From Phaeosaccion multiseriatum (lineage: Eukaryota; Protista; Ochrophyta, other classes), in the NCBI GenBank assembly GCA_965112735.1, contig OZ218950.1, forward strand, positions 1,674,001 through 1,738,000: 64,000 nt of DNA. Direction: 5' to 3'. Positions 36,373 through 49,664 of the stretch are shown here, in pieces; within the stretch, counting starts at the first letter, position 1; the number at the start of each line of letters is the position of its first letter. The notes under the pieces are model-generated. The model searched no databases and was not told where the DNA came from. It saw only the letters and a program-made list of their open reading frames with translations. The position numbers and the translations under genes were made by a program.

Positions 36373-39300
36373 CAGACAGAGAGGCAGACAGAGAGAGATA
36401 TGCTTAGAGAGAGACGATGGATAGAAAGATAAGCGGAGGAGGGACAGGGGAGGGGAGGAGGGGGGTGGGACAAACAACAGGAAGAGGGAGGACAGTCCCC
36501 CAGTCCCTCACAAATCCTTACCTTGATCGTGGAGGCGATGTCGTGTGCAAATCGGTACTGCTTGTTGGTAATGAGAGTGTGCGCTTTCCCTTCGTGCGCC
36601 CCCTCGGCGCTCATGCGACCCTGTGGGTGGGTGCGCGGGTGGGTGAGTTGGCGCGTGCGCGCGTCGGCCGGTGGGTGGGTGTCGGTGGGTGGGTGGGTGG
36701 GTGGGTGGGTGAGTGGGTGGGTGGGTCGGTGGGTGGGTGAGTGAGTGAGTGAGTGGGTGGGTGGGTGAGACGGTGGGTGGGTGGGTGGGTGGGTGAGACG
36801 GTGGGTGGGTGAGTGGAGGCGAACGGGGAAGGGGAAACAAAGAGAAGGGAGCGAGGGAGATTGCGCTGTCTCCGTTGACATACTAACACCGAGCTGCTGG
36901 CTCCTGACTCTTAGCTGGCTGCTGGATCAGAGGAGCTTACCGTTCGACCTACGCGATGAATGTGAGTTTCAATGTTCTTGGCGACATCGTAATTCACCAC
37001 CGTGTTGACGGCCTTGATGTCCAACCCTCGCGACGCCACATCAGTAGCCACAAGCACCTGAATGGCTCCTTTCTTGAAGTCTCTAAGCATTGAGGCTCGG
37101 TCAGACTGCTCCTTGTCCCCATGAATGGAGCCGGCAGTTACACCGGCGTACTGGAGAGGGAGGGAGGGGAGGGGGGAGAGGAGAGTGGGAGATGTTGCTG
37201 TAGGTTAGGGGAGGGGGCTAGAAAGGCAGGTTCGGGTGGTTAGAGTTGGGGTTAGGGGGGGGAGGGAGGTTCGGGTTGGGTGTTATTTGTTGCCGTAGGT
37301 TAGGGGGGGAAGAGGGTGGCCACGTACCTTGACGAGGCTGGCACAGAGCTCATCGCAGTTCTTCTTACCCCCTACAAACACAAGCACTTTGCCTGTGCAT
37401 GGACATGACATGAGTGGGCATGAGGGGATGAGGGAGTGAGTGAGTGAGTGAGTGAGGGAGGGAGGGAGAGAGGGAGGGAGTGGGTGAGTGAGTGAGCGAG
37501 TCAATGAGTGAGTGAGGTAATGTGTGAGGCAGCTGAGTGGAGTGAGTGAGTGAGTGAATGAGAGAGTGAGTGAGTGAGTGAGTGAGTGAGTGAGTGAACC
37601 TACCTTGCTGCACGAAGTCTGCTATCCTGGAGCTGAGCCAGGGCCACTTGCCCGTTTCATCGTTCAAAACATGCACCTCTTGATGCACATCGGCGTTGGC
37701 CGTGAGCGTTTCGAAGCCGACGTTGACTCTCACCGGGTCCCTGTCGTGCAAGATGTAGGTAGGTAGGTAGGTAGGGAGAGAGGGCGGGGACGGGGACGGG
37801 GGGAGGGAGGAGTGAGGGAGGGGGAAAGGGAGGGAGGAGGGTGGACACAACCAAACATCACGTGCTCAGTCAAGCACAGGCAGAGAGAGGGTAGATACAG
37901 CAGTTGGTGATACAGCAGCACTTACTCGAGCACGTCTGCAGCCAGAGACGATACCTTGCGCTTGAATGTGGCGCTGAACATGAGCGTTTGTCTATCGGGC
38001 CGGATCTGGGTAGGAGGAAGGAGAAGGGGGAGAAGGGGGAGGAGGCGGAGGAGGAGGGACTAGTGATTAGTTGGCAGGTTGACTTCACCGACTGACATAC
38101 GCCAGGTACTGACTGACTGAACGGACTGACTGACTGATACCAGAAGGACGGATTGACCACTAAGTACTCACTGACGGACTGACTGACACAGGCACGGACT
38201 GGCGGACTGACTGACACCAGGTATTTTCTTGACGGACTGACTGACTGACGGACTGACTGACACCAGGCACTGACTGAATGATTGACAGACTGACACCAAA
38301 CTGACGGACTGACGGACACCAAATACTTACTGACTGACTGACCCCCACACCGGGTACTGACTCGACGCTCACCTGCCCCACGATGGACCGCATTTGATAT
38401 TCGAACCCCATATCGAACATTCGGTCCGCCTCGTCCAAGACCAGCATGGTGCAGCGCCGAAGATTGGTGTGGTTCAGCTTCAACATCTCCATCATTCTCC
38501 CTGGCGTGGCGACAACGATCTCGGGTCCCTCCTTGAGAGCTTTGACCATCTCCCACTTGCCAGAGCCACCGAAGATGGCGCACACTTTGGCTTTGAAGAG
38601 TTTGGCGAATTTCTTGGCTTCGACGTAGATTTGCGTGGCCAGCTCTCGTGTAGGCGTCTGTGCGGATGTGGGAGAGTATAGCAGAGTAGAGTAGAGCGGA
38701 GAAGAGAGGAGCAGAGCAGGGTAGAGTAGAGCACAGCAGAAGGGAGAGAGTGAGTTCAGGTTATTGTATGGAAGAAGAACTCTCTCCTAATGTCGCTCTC
38801 ATCCCTCTCGCGTGCTCTCTCATCTCTACGTCTCTCTCTCCCTCTCTCTCTTTCTCTCCCTGCCTCTCCCACTCTCTCTCCCCCTCTCTGTCTCTCTCTC
38901 CCTCCCTCCCTCTCTCTCTCCCTCTCTTTCTCTCCCTCCCTCCCTCTCTCTCCCCCTACCTCTCTCCCTCCCTCTCTCTCTCCCTCCCTCTCCCTCTCTC
39001 TCCCTCCCTCTCTCTCTCTTCCCTCTCTCCCACTCTTATCTCTCCCTCTCTCTCTCTCTGCTCTCTCATCTCTACGTCTCTGTCTCTCTCTCATTCTCTC
39101 CCAATCTCTCTCTCCCTCTCTCTCTACCCTCCCTCCCTCCCTCTCTCTCCCACTCTCTCTCCCTCCCTCCCTCCCTCCTCCCCCCCCCCCCCCTCTCTCT
39201 CTACCTCTCCCTCTCTCTCTGTGCGTGTGACTCACCAGGATGAGGCCGATGGGTCCCTCCCCTTTCTCAATGACCCTCTGCTGCATCACATGCACAAGCA

Positions 39301-40429
39301 TGGGCCACACGAAGGCGAAGGTCTTGCCACTGCCGGTCTGAGCCACGCCCACAAGATCCCGCCCAGACAGGGCCACCTGCGTGTGTGTGGATGGTATGGT
39401 TGGTTGCTTGGTTGGTTCGTCGGTCGGTCGGTGGTTTATGGGCATCCGGCAGCCCCACAGGCATAGAACAAGAGAGCGACGTCGGGAAGCAACCAAATAC
39501 AATCACCACTCAGCAAAGCAAATCGTTCGCCCTCACGCAAGCACGCAGTCAAGCACGCTACTCACAGGAATGGCCTGTGCCTGAATGGGGGTGGGTGCCT
39601 CGAAGCCCTGACGGATGATCTCCTTCAGCAGTGTGTCATCAAAGCCCGCATGTTTAAAGCTTCGAATGGGCTTGGCAATAGCAATGGGGGCACCCCCGCC
39701 CCCGCCCCTGCCTCGTCTCTGCAACTGCTCTACGGTGATCTGCAGCTCGTGGCGAAGACCTGCCGCTTCATCCGCGGACATTGCCTTCACGTCTGCATGC
39801 TCCGTGTACAGCTCCTTCTGGAACGGCTCGTACTCAATCTTGGAGTGGTCCACAGCTACGAGGGCTTCTATGTGCTTCTTGCCCTCCGGTACCCGGCTTA
39901 TGTCTTCTTCGTCAGCGATTGCCGCTCCCGCTCCACCCCCACCGCCCCCTGCTGCCGCAGCACTATCTTCCTCGTCTGCTTCCTTGTACATTCGCTCGTC
40001 CCCTTCATCCACCGCCTCCTCGTCCAGAAATGAGGGCTTGTCCTTCTTCTGTCCAGCCGTCTGGGACTCTTCTTTCACCTTCTCTTGCACGCCCGCCATG
40101 AACGCGTCAAGAGGGTCCACCTCCTCCTCCTCGTCCTCCTTCCCTCCTCCTTGCTGCTTCTCCTCGCCACTAACACTGCCCTTTCCCTGACTGCTCGTGG
40201 CAAAGGTGTCCTCATCATCGCTGTCGTCGAAGTACGCCGCTTTCCCGGGCGGTGGTCTCTTCACACCCCTCGGCGAGGTGGAGAAGCCAGCAGGGGGCGT
40301 GTTGCTGCTGCCGCCGTTGCTACTGCTGCTGCTACCGGAAGGAGAAGGCCCAGACCCGAACCTTCTATTCGCCGGCTTCCTCGCCCCTGCCTTGTACTTC
40401 TCACCCGTGCCAGCCTTACGGAAGTTCAT
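35668..40429 (-). CDS. DDX42: ATP-dependent DEAD-box RNA helicase DDX42 (SF3b125)-like, ~9 exons
   Basis: [12 protein letters not shown]; [11 protein letters not shown]; [14 protein letters not shown]; [10 protein letters not shown]; PTRELA; VATPGR; [17 protein letters not shown]; FSAT; [11 protein letters not shown]; [10 protein letters not shown]; C-term RKKSRW. Confidence 0.93.
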
Positions 40430-41060
40430 CTCTCTCTCTCTGAACGTTGTTGAGCGTTGTTCAACCACTTGCGCTCCCCACGGTCTCCGTGCTGTTCCTC
40501 TCCAGCAGCGATTGCCCTAGAATCTGTTCGCACTAGCCCAGCATTGGAGGCCCTTGTCCGCTTGCTGTCTCCTTTCCTAACACACCACCCTTTAGTGGAG
40601 ACCCCGGGCAAGTTTGCGGGGGGGGGGCGGGGGATCGTCGATGGGGTTAGATCGGGCCAAAGCGGGAGAACCGAAACTGCGTGGTCAGCTCGCAGGCAGG
40701 GAGGCGATGCTCGGCTTCACGGCACAAGGCAAGGAAATTAAGGCCACGGAGTGCTGGATAGAGAAGGTCCAGCCAAGTAAATTCACTCACATTCACTGTC
40801 TCGTCACCCACATGTACGTGTGTCCATCTTTTGTCTCTCTCGCTCGTTATTCTTTCTGACAAAGGGGGTCTCGTGTAAAGCACCAAATGACACGGCTGGG
40901 ATCGTGCGCGGCTGCTTGACGTAGCTCAAACTTCCTTCGCGGAGAAGCCCTCGTTCGGAGGGCGCTCTCCGCTGTGGAGTGGGACGGGGTTGATCGCTCT
41001 ACTTCTGGACAACTCGCCGAGGTCCGAGGTGGTCCACATGGCCAGCATCAAGTGAAGAGG

Positions 41061-41112
41061 ATGACAGACCAGCAGCCGGAGCAGCAACAGGAACCGAAGG
41101 AGGAGAAGCAGA

Positions 41113-41168
<56 letters not shown>

Positions 41169-42786
41169 GAGTCTCAGTTGAGTGCATCTGATGGAGATCG
41201 CCAAATAGGGGCAAGTAGCGAGGAGCCCTCTTCGGACGTCAGCGGGGGGGGGAGCACTACTCCTCTCGTCGTGGCTGCTCAGTCTGGGAACAGTGAAGCG
41301 GAGGTGTCTGTGACAGAGACGTGGACCTCTGTTGCAGGAGGAGCGGGGAAATCGCAGGGTACTGATCAGCAGCAGGCGCAGCAGCAGCAGCAGCAGCAAC
41401 AGCAAGAGGAGCAGCTGCCTCAGCCATCGTCAGGGTATACAGTTTACCTGGGATCGAGCAGTGAAGAGGGTGGGGTGCTGCTGGCTCCAGCGGCTACGGT
41501 TGCCGCGGCGGAGAGAGCTGCGGCCCTCGCCCTGCTGTCTGAGGAAGAGCTGGAACCCCCTACTCCTCCTGCTCCTCCTTCCGTTGCTGCCTCTGGTTGT
41601 GATGATGGCGGCGGTGATGCAGCGACAGCGAGCCCTCCGCAGCTCCTAGCCCTCACTCCTTCCGTATCTACTACAGGGGCGAGGTGGTCTGCGGTCTCAA
41701 ATACGGAACTATTCACTACGGATGGGCAAGACGGGGATGCGATGGGCATAGGCAAGGCCGCAGCAGCAGCAGCAGCAGCAGCAGCGGGATCAGCAGGAGC
41801 AGCAGGAGTAGCAGGAGAAGTTGGTGATACAGCACAAGTGGTGGCGGGCGACGTACTCGAGGGGCCAAACGTCGACCGCGGCTTGCGCACACCCTCTCCT
41901 CCGCCCCTCCCTTCGATGCAGCTGGGTAGCCTACCTCCCTCGGCTGGTGCGGTTGCTCCTGACGGTGGTGGTGTAGAGCAGGGCACTCAGCAAGTAGGAG
42001 GAGGAGGAGGAGGAGGAGGAGGAGGAGGAGCAGGAGGAGGAGGAGGAGGAGGAGGAGGAGGAGGAGGAGAAGCGGCCGCTGTGAGCACTACCACCACCAC
42101 CACCACCGCAGCTCCTGGTGTTCCCGTGGCAGGAGGAGCTGCAGACCCCTCTCTTGGGGTACTGCCGATCCCTAACGCTTCCTTCCAGGCCAAGCGTAGC
42201 CACAAGAAGAGCACAGCAGCAGCGGCAACAGCAACAGCAGCAGCAGCAGCAGCAGCAGGAGGAGGAGGAGGAGGAGGAGGACGAAAGCGCGGGCGCGCAG
42301 CCCCCAGGACGAGGAGAGAGGCGCCGCTTACTCCTGCCCTTACTCCGTCCGCCCCGGGTCCGATCCGGCACCAGCTATTCTTCGAGGCTCTGGAGGACTG
42401 CCCGCCTCAGTTCCGTGAGGCGCTGGCTGTGGAAACAGAGGGTGGGGCTGGGGAGTCGCCGGACAAACCTCCACAGCGAGATGCTGGCGGCTCTAGTTTG
42501 GGTTCTAGTAGTGGGGATCCGTTGAGTAGGAGAGGGCGCGTTTCACCAACGGAGATGAAGGATGGGCAGCAGGTGGTGTTACATCAACAGCAACAGCAGC
42601 AGCCCCCTCCACCGCAGCAGCAAGAGGAGAGTGTGCGACAAGAGGATAGAGAAGAGCAGCAGCGTCCTCTACAGGAGCAACAGGAGCAGGAGAGGCAACG
42701 ACAGCAGTTGGTGATACAGCAGCAGCAGCAAGAGCGACATCAGCAGTTGCTGATACAGCAGCAGCAGTTGGTGATACAGCAGCAGC

Positions 42787-42821
<35 letters not shown>

Positions 42822-45800
42822 GAGCAGGAGAAGCAGCAGCAGCGGTTGCTGATACAGCAGCAGCAGTTGGTGATAGAGCAGCAGCAGCTGGCAAAACGCC
42901 AACATCAGCAGCAGGTGAGGCGCGAACGGGACCAATTGAGACGCCAACAGAACGCGTTGCTGCTTCAGCAACAGCTTGAGCAAGCCAGGCCGCTATGGAG
43001 CTGGGGGGCGGTTGCCAAGTCGCTTGCGTGGGAAAATGCTTCCGTCGGCATGGTCGATGACTTTGCTGTTGAGGAGATGGCAGTGCCGGGGGAGAGTACG
43101 GAGGAAGAAGAAGAGGATAAGGGGGATGATGATTATTATGATGATGATGGTGGTGGTGATGATGATGATGATGATGATGATGAGGATGGTGGTGGTGGTG
43201 TTGATATGGTCTCACTCATTCGGGAGGTGGATGAGAGCGCGTTACGGGCGAGGTACAGTCGAGGCTTGGGGCTGCGACGCCGGCCGTGGCGGGAGGAGGG
43301 ATGCAAGCACGAGCTGACTGGGGAGGAGGAAGAGGAGAAAGAGGAGGTGGGGGCGGATGAGGAAGAGGAGGAGGGAAAGCATGTTCAAGAAGGAGAAGAA
43401 AGAGCTGGGGCCAACGGAGAAGCAAGAGACGGAGGAGGAATGGAGCGAATGGAAGGAACAGACGCAGAAGCAGAGGCAGCTCCTCCGTTGGTGGCATACC
43501 GCCGTCCTTCGAGTGAGCCGTCAACAGCGACGTTGGGTGGGGGTCGGGTTTCAACAGAGGGGGGAGAAGCTGCTGAGGCGGGGAGTATTCGTCTCGGTGG
43601 GGAGGGACATACAACGGCGGCAGAGCGCGCCACTCATGGGGGGGGGGTGCTTGTCGAGGCGGCGCAGGAGGCCGAGGGGCAGCAAGTTCAGCAGCAGTGG
43701 AGGCTGCCCCAGGGGTCAGACCCGGACAAGCAGGCCAAATTGCGCCAATTAGAGGCTCTCTTAGAAGCTCAACGCCCATCACCGCCGCGGCCAGTGGTGG
43801 GGCTGGATCAGCAACAGCCGCAGCAGGAGGCAGAGGCGGAGGAGGGCAACGAGGCGGCTGCTGCAACTGCTACTACTAGTGAGGAGGATGGGAAGAGGCA
43901 GGATAACGATCCAACCTCAGTCTCGATCTCAGCCTCCGCAGTTGGTGATACAGCCTCAGCAGCGGCGGCCGAGGCTCGGGCGCTGAAGGAAAGGCAGGAG
44001 CAGTACGAGCAGCAGGCAGACATGGCGTTTGTGGCGCAAAACCTGATGATGATGCCTGGCGGGGGGGCTGACGGCCCTGAAGGTCCTGACACCCGTAGTG
44101 ATCACGCCGCCCCAATGGAGGAGGGTGGCGGTGTTGACATGTTGGTGCACCAGCACAGGGGAGGAGAGCACCTCCAACTGGCGACGGCGAGTTCCGTGTC
44201 TGGGGGGGTAAATGACCACCTGCCGCAGGAGTTTGGGCAGCAGGCTGTTGCTGGGGTTGTTGTGGATGGGACGGGGCGAGGAAGAGAAGAAGAAGAAGAA
44301 GGAGAAGGAGAGGAAGGCGAGTTGGGTGCTGAGCTTATGCGGCTTCCGCTCGGCGCGGAGGACCAGCAGGATCCGCAGCAACAGAGGGGATTTTGGGCCG
44401 AGGCCAATGGTGAGGCAGGAGGAGGGTCTGGCGACGAACAAGACGGGGACGAAGATGAGGGGGAGCTCTGCGTAGTGTGCGGGTTCGATACCGAGGAAGA
44501 CAACCTCATTGTGTACTGCGAGGCGTGTGACCTTGGTTTCCACCAGGCGTGTTACGGTATTTCCGAGATTCCCGAGACGGAGTGGCTGTGTGCCCCCTGC
44601 AAGGCTCAGGGTGGGCTAGGCGAAGGGCCCGAGGGATTGCCATGTCTCTTTTGCTCCACCACGGGAGGGGCGTATAAGCGTTGCACCAACGGGAGCTGGG
44701 CGCACGTGGTGTGTTCCTTTTGGATCCCGGAGAGTTGCTTTTTGGACGAAAAGAATCTTGATCAGATTGGGTACATCGACAAGTATGGGGCCGTTTCTGG
44801 TGTGGAGAACATTCCGCGGTTTCGCTTTTCGCGTAACTGTCAAGTGTGTAAGACGAGAAACGGTGCAGTCATTCGCTGTCTACAGAGGTGAGTGAGTGAG
44901 TTAGTCAAGTCACTCCCCGATATAGTGAGGGAGGGGGGGAGTAAGTGTGAGAGGGACGGGCGGACGGACGGACGGACCGAGGGAGGGTCGATGCCCCATC
45001 TCCCTCGCCCCACCTCGCTTGCCCCATCTCGGCAACTGCTGATCTTTCCTCCTGTTGCCCCTCTCTCTCTCTCTCTCTCTCATCACTCGTCGCTGCCCCT
45101 CCCCTCCCCTCCCCTCCCCCGCCCTTACGCTGTGCTGTGGTGTGCTCTACCGCAGTGGGTGCAGATTCTACTTCCACCCCATGTGCGGAAAGCGAGCCGG
45201 AACCGTCTATATGGAGATCGAAACACCCCCCGAAAGCGGGGGCGATGGCAGCAGAGGGGACCTTGCCAATGAAGCGGGAGTCGCACTCATGGCCTACTGC
45301 CCCCGACACGCGCCAAAGAATAGAGATGCTGCTGCGCTTCCCGGGGGACCGCCCACCGGGGGAACCCGGGGGGCAGTGGCGGCTGCTGAAGATCCCTTGG
45401 AGCTACTCGGCAAAGTGTTTCAGGTCACGCCATTTCGGGACGTAGTTGACGCGTTGGCTGCTGCTGGCGCCGCTGTTGCTGCTACCACTGCTGTGGCTAA
45501 TGCTGCTGCTGCTACTGCTACTGCTGCTACTGCTGCTACTGCTGCGGCTGCTACTGCTGCTGCGGCGGCTGCTTCAGGTACGGCAAGTTGAGTCTGGAGG
45601 GGAAGAGAGAAGAAGAAGCGTGGAGAGATTGGTGTGCGACGAGTAGAGAGGCCTTGCCGTGCCGTCTTTCCTCCCTTCATACTGGCCAAGTTTCCTTCCC
45701 CCCCCCATTCCTCCCATTCCATTCTTCTTCTATTCTCTTTTGTTTTTCTGCGCCACTGGGCTGTGTTTGGGTGAGTAGGTAGGCCTAGCGGTGCTGATAA

Positions 45801-47345
45801 CGCTTCTAAAGTCCACATTTTCCTTCCTCTCTGCTTTGTTTCATCCGGGCGTAGGAGCCGCAACAGTTGGTGATTCGGAAGGAGGAGCAACAGTTGGTGA
45901 TGCAGCAGCAGGAGCAACAGTTGGTGATACAGCACCAGGAGCAACAGCAGTTGGTGATACAGAAAGAGGAACAATAGCTAGTACGACCGGAGACGACGTC
46001 GCGAGCGAGACTGAGAGGGGGGAGGGTGTGCATGCCGCGGCGGCAGAGAGGGCGGCGACAGCAGCGGGAGGGGCACCAGCCGTGCGAGACGAAGGAGTGG
46101 AGGAATGTAAAGGGGAAGAAGCCACCGCGGCGGAGGGTGAGGCAGCAGGAGCAGCTGTCGCTGACGAAGCAGCAGCTGGTGGTACTGTAGCAGTTGGTGA
46201 TACAGCAGGAGAAGAACCAGCAGCAGCAGTTGGTGATTCAGAAGCCTTGGCGGAAGAACTCGTGCGAAACGCAGGGCAAGAAGGCACTGACGACGGAGGT
46301 GATACAGCAGGAGGAGCAGCCGCGCCGGAAGTGGGGGCAGCAGGTACCCAACAACAACAACAACAACAGCAACAAGAAGAACAAGAAGAAGAAGACCATG
46401 CCACGATTCATCAGGAAGGTGCCGCCCAAGTTACGGAGGTAGAGGCAGCGGCAGAGGCAGAGACAGAGGCAGAGGCAGTAGCAGTACCACCAGGTAGTGG
46501 TGATACGGCGGCGGCTCCAGCAGCGGCGCCATCTGCGGAGCTGGTCAGCGCGAATGCAGCACTGTTCAAGCACGGCGGGCGGGGCAAAGCGACGTGGTTC
46601 AACCCGTTTTCTAGGCAGTACTGCGTGCAGTTCACGCAAGACAGCACGTCGGCGTGGATACCTATGGAACTCCTTGCCTGCGCGGAGAAGATTAAAATCC
46701 CGCACAGGAAGCGAGAGACGTCGGCAGAGTATTATGGCAGCAGCAGCAGCAGCAACAACAACAACAACAACAGCAACAACGTAGTGGCGGCGGCTGCGGT
46801 GGTGTCGGTCTCGGTCTCGGCAGGTGCAGTAGATGCGGCAGTTGATGATACAGCAGCAGCGGCCTCGATCTCCTCCTCCCTCTCCCTGCCACTGGGGCTG
46901 CCGGTAGGATTGGCGTCGGCATCTTTACCATCATCCTCCGCACAAGATGACGACGCTTTGACTACTTTGACGACGGCGCCGAATGACCAACTCGAGGACT
47001 TGGCCTTGGAGCTCACAGGTGGTGCGGGCATATCACCAACTGCCGCCCCTGCGGATGCTGCTGGTACTGGACACCCTCCTCCTGATCAAGGAGAAGGGGG
47101 AGGGACCCTTTCTGTCTCGGCAGGTCTGCCACTGTCGATAGATGCGGACCTTCTGACACAGGAGCCTGGAGTTGCGGCAGCAGCAGGAGAAGGAGGAGCA
47201 GCATGCTCTTCTCTCGGGGCCGGACAAGGCCCTCCTCCTCCCTCTTATTCTCCTCTCGATTCGACGCTGGGGCATCACCTGCCCATGGCGAGCCCATCCC
47301 CCCTCCCCAGTGGTGTTGCGAGCGAGAATGGAGCAGCAGCAGCAG

Positions 47346-47378
<33 letters not shown>

Positions 47379-47589
47379 ATATCGACTGTCGAGCGAGGAG
47401 GGCTGCCCGTCGGGCTCAGCAACTACCTTCTGAGCACTTCTTTTCCTCTCCTCGGACTCCCCGAGGGGGCGGCAACAGCAGAGGAGAGGGCGGGAGGAAG
47501 AGGGCAGCGCCAGACGGAGCAGCATCAGCGGACGGCGGGCGAGGGCAAGACAAGAGCGGCAAGAATGGCACCAACAATGGCACCAACAA

Positions 47590-47629
<40 letters not shown>

Positions 47630-49664
47630 GGGGGGGGGAGGGCTACCAATGGAGACGCCCAGCACCACCACCACCACCACCACCACCACCAGCAGCAGCA
47701 GCAGCAGCAGCCAAATGGAAAGTCTACAAATGACGAAGAAGGCGATGCGGAGAGTCCTGCAGAGAAGCTCCACAACGGTCAGCAGCAGCAGCAGCAGCAG
47801 CAGCGGAGGCGGCGACAGCGGCCCGTTGAAGCAACGAGGCATATGATGCGGGGCTCCGGGTTGTCATTCATTACCGGCTTTGTGGCTGCCGGGGAGCTAA
47901 GAGTCGTGTCCAACGGGTGCGGCAGAAAAGTACGGTACCTGACGCACACAGTGGCGAGCAGCGCCAGTCATATGGGCAGTCATATGGAGCGTCCCCCTCG
48001 GTTGGGCACCTTTGATGCTGCGGCGCACAATGCTAGAGTGGGGACTGAGAGGGCCAGTCGCTCTGCTGCTGCCGTATCATCAACTGCTGCAGTTGCTGTA
48101 TCCGAGACTGCCGCTGCTGCCGCTCCTCCTGCCCCTGCTCCTCTTGCTGCTCCAAACGGCTGGAAGGCAGCCAACGGCAGTAGTGGGGCGCCGCTTGGCG
48201 AGAATGGCAGCAAACGGGGACCCGAGGGCGGGGAGGGGTCGACCACGACAGACGGCGACGAGGACACGGATGCTTCGGTTACGAAACGACGCAGACTGGA
48301 ACCTGCGGCAAGTCTTGCTCCCACTGACGGGTCCTCTATCGCCGACCATACTACATCTGTTGGTGATACGGGTCGTGCACTGGCGACTACTTCAAGCTCC
48401 ACTCCCGCCCAATCGGCCGCAGCGAAGGAAGCAGGGATGCGTGGTGCCTCAGGCAGGGGGGGGGGCGGCAAGGGCGAGGGCGAGAGTGGGGTTGGAGTGG
48501 CGTATCCTTCTCCTCCCGACGGTGGGGGAGGGGGAATCAACGACAAGGCCCAGACTGTTGAGGTCGGTAACGATGAGGATGAAGAGGACTTGGAGGAAGG
48601 CGAGATTGATATGACGGAAGCAGCAGTGGAGGCGAGGCAGGAGGCGACGAGAGCTGCTGAAGCAGCGGTCAGGGCCCAGATCGAAGAGGCTCGGCTGCGA
48701 GAGATTGCCGAGGAAATGCTTCGACTCGAGGCTGAGAGGGAGGTGCGGGAGGCAGAGGAGGAGGCGGAGCGAGTGAGACTGGCCAAGGCGGCTGCCCTCG
48801 AGAAAGACCGATGCACGAGAGAGACACGTGAGATGACCGCGGAGGACTCAGCGGGGGTGTTGCTACGCGAGTTAGACGAACGGGAGAGGGAGGAGCGTCG
48901 AAGAGAAGACGCGGGAAGGGAGGCCACCGTAGAGCAGTTGAGCACGGCACTGCGGCAAAGGGCCGGAGCAGGAGGAGATGATTCTGTGGTTGTGGCCAAG
49001 TCGATTGAGGAGGAGATGTATGAGCAGTTTGAATCCTCGCTGCGGCCTGCATACAAGGTGAGAGAGAGAGAGAGAGAGAGAGATTGATTGATTGTCTGAT
49101 TGATTGAGTGATTCAACCCCTTTACCCTCCATTGTCCTGACACTACCCACCCTGACTACCATCCACTGCCACCCCCCCCCCCCATCCACTACCATCCACC
49201 CAATGCTCTCTCTACGTTCTTAACAGGAGAAGCTCTCTCTGCTGAGGTTTGTGTTCCTCAGCCCTCGCTTCAGCAAGGTGGCCTCTGCCGTTCTCCTTGG
49301 CACCCTCACCCCAACAGACCTCATGAACAAGACAACGCGGGAGCTTACTCAAGCCGCTGCCTCCTGCACGCAGCTCGCAGCTCTCTCCCAACCTGGCTCA
49401 TACCGCCGCTCTGCCCTGAGCAGTAGTAGTAGTAGCAGTGGCAGCGGTAGCGGCGGAGTAACCAGCGTCGTTGTGGCACAAGGCAAGGGCCGTAGCAGCA
49501 GCAGGAGCAGCAGCAGCAGTACCAGTGTTGGTGGTGGTAGTGGTGGGGGTAATAGTAGAGTCCCAGCTGGCAATAGTAGTGGTGGTGGTGGTGGTATGGG
49601 GCAACCCAGGAGTGCCTCCGACCCACGGCGGCGAGCTGGGGAGCGAGAGAGAGCGAGGGAGTGA
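41061..49664 (+). CDS. Very large chromatin protein: PHD + Zn-knuckle + atypical PHD (PZP, BRPF/JADE/AF10/Nto1-type), possible Tudor-like segment, C-terminal TFIIS-central-like domain; 4 exons
   Basis: CVVCGFDTEEDNLIVYCEACDLGFHQACYGISEIPETEWLCAPC; CLFCSTTGGAYK...WAHVVCSFWIPE; CQVCKTRNGAVIRC..GCRFYFHPMC...MAYCPRH; VAKSIEEEMY...YKEKLSLLRF...VLLGTLTPTDLMNKTTREL. Exons ~41061-44886, 45156-45577, 45855-49057, 49227-49664. Confidence 0.85.
45854..45962 (+). repeat. Coding 27-30-bp tandem repeat (4 units, GAT[A]VGD) centred on the dispersed CAGTTGGTGAT motif
   Basis: ggagc(cgc)aacagttggtgat... x4, encoding GAATVGDSE GGATVGDAA AGATVGDTA PGATAVGDTE. Confidence 0.85.

Noticed and set aside
37200-37310. 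TTAGGG-like words
   Set aside because: Scattered and degenerate within a G-rich (sense C-rich) intron; not an array
45854-45962. CRISPR-like repeat-spacer appearance of the motif cluster
   Set aside because: Units are 27-30 bp with no unique spacers, lie in a eukaryotic coding exon, and no cas genes are present
47980-49143. 387-aa Ser/Ala-rich minus-strand ORF
   Set aside because: Antisense to the PHD-protein exon
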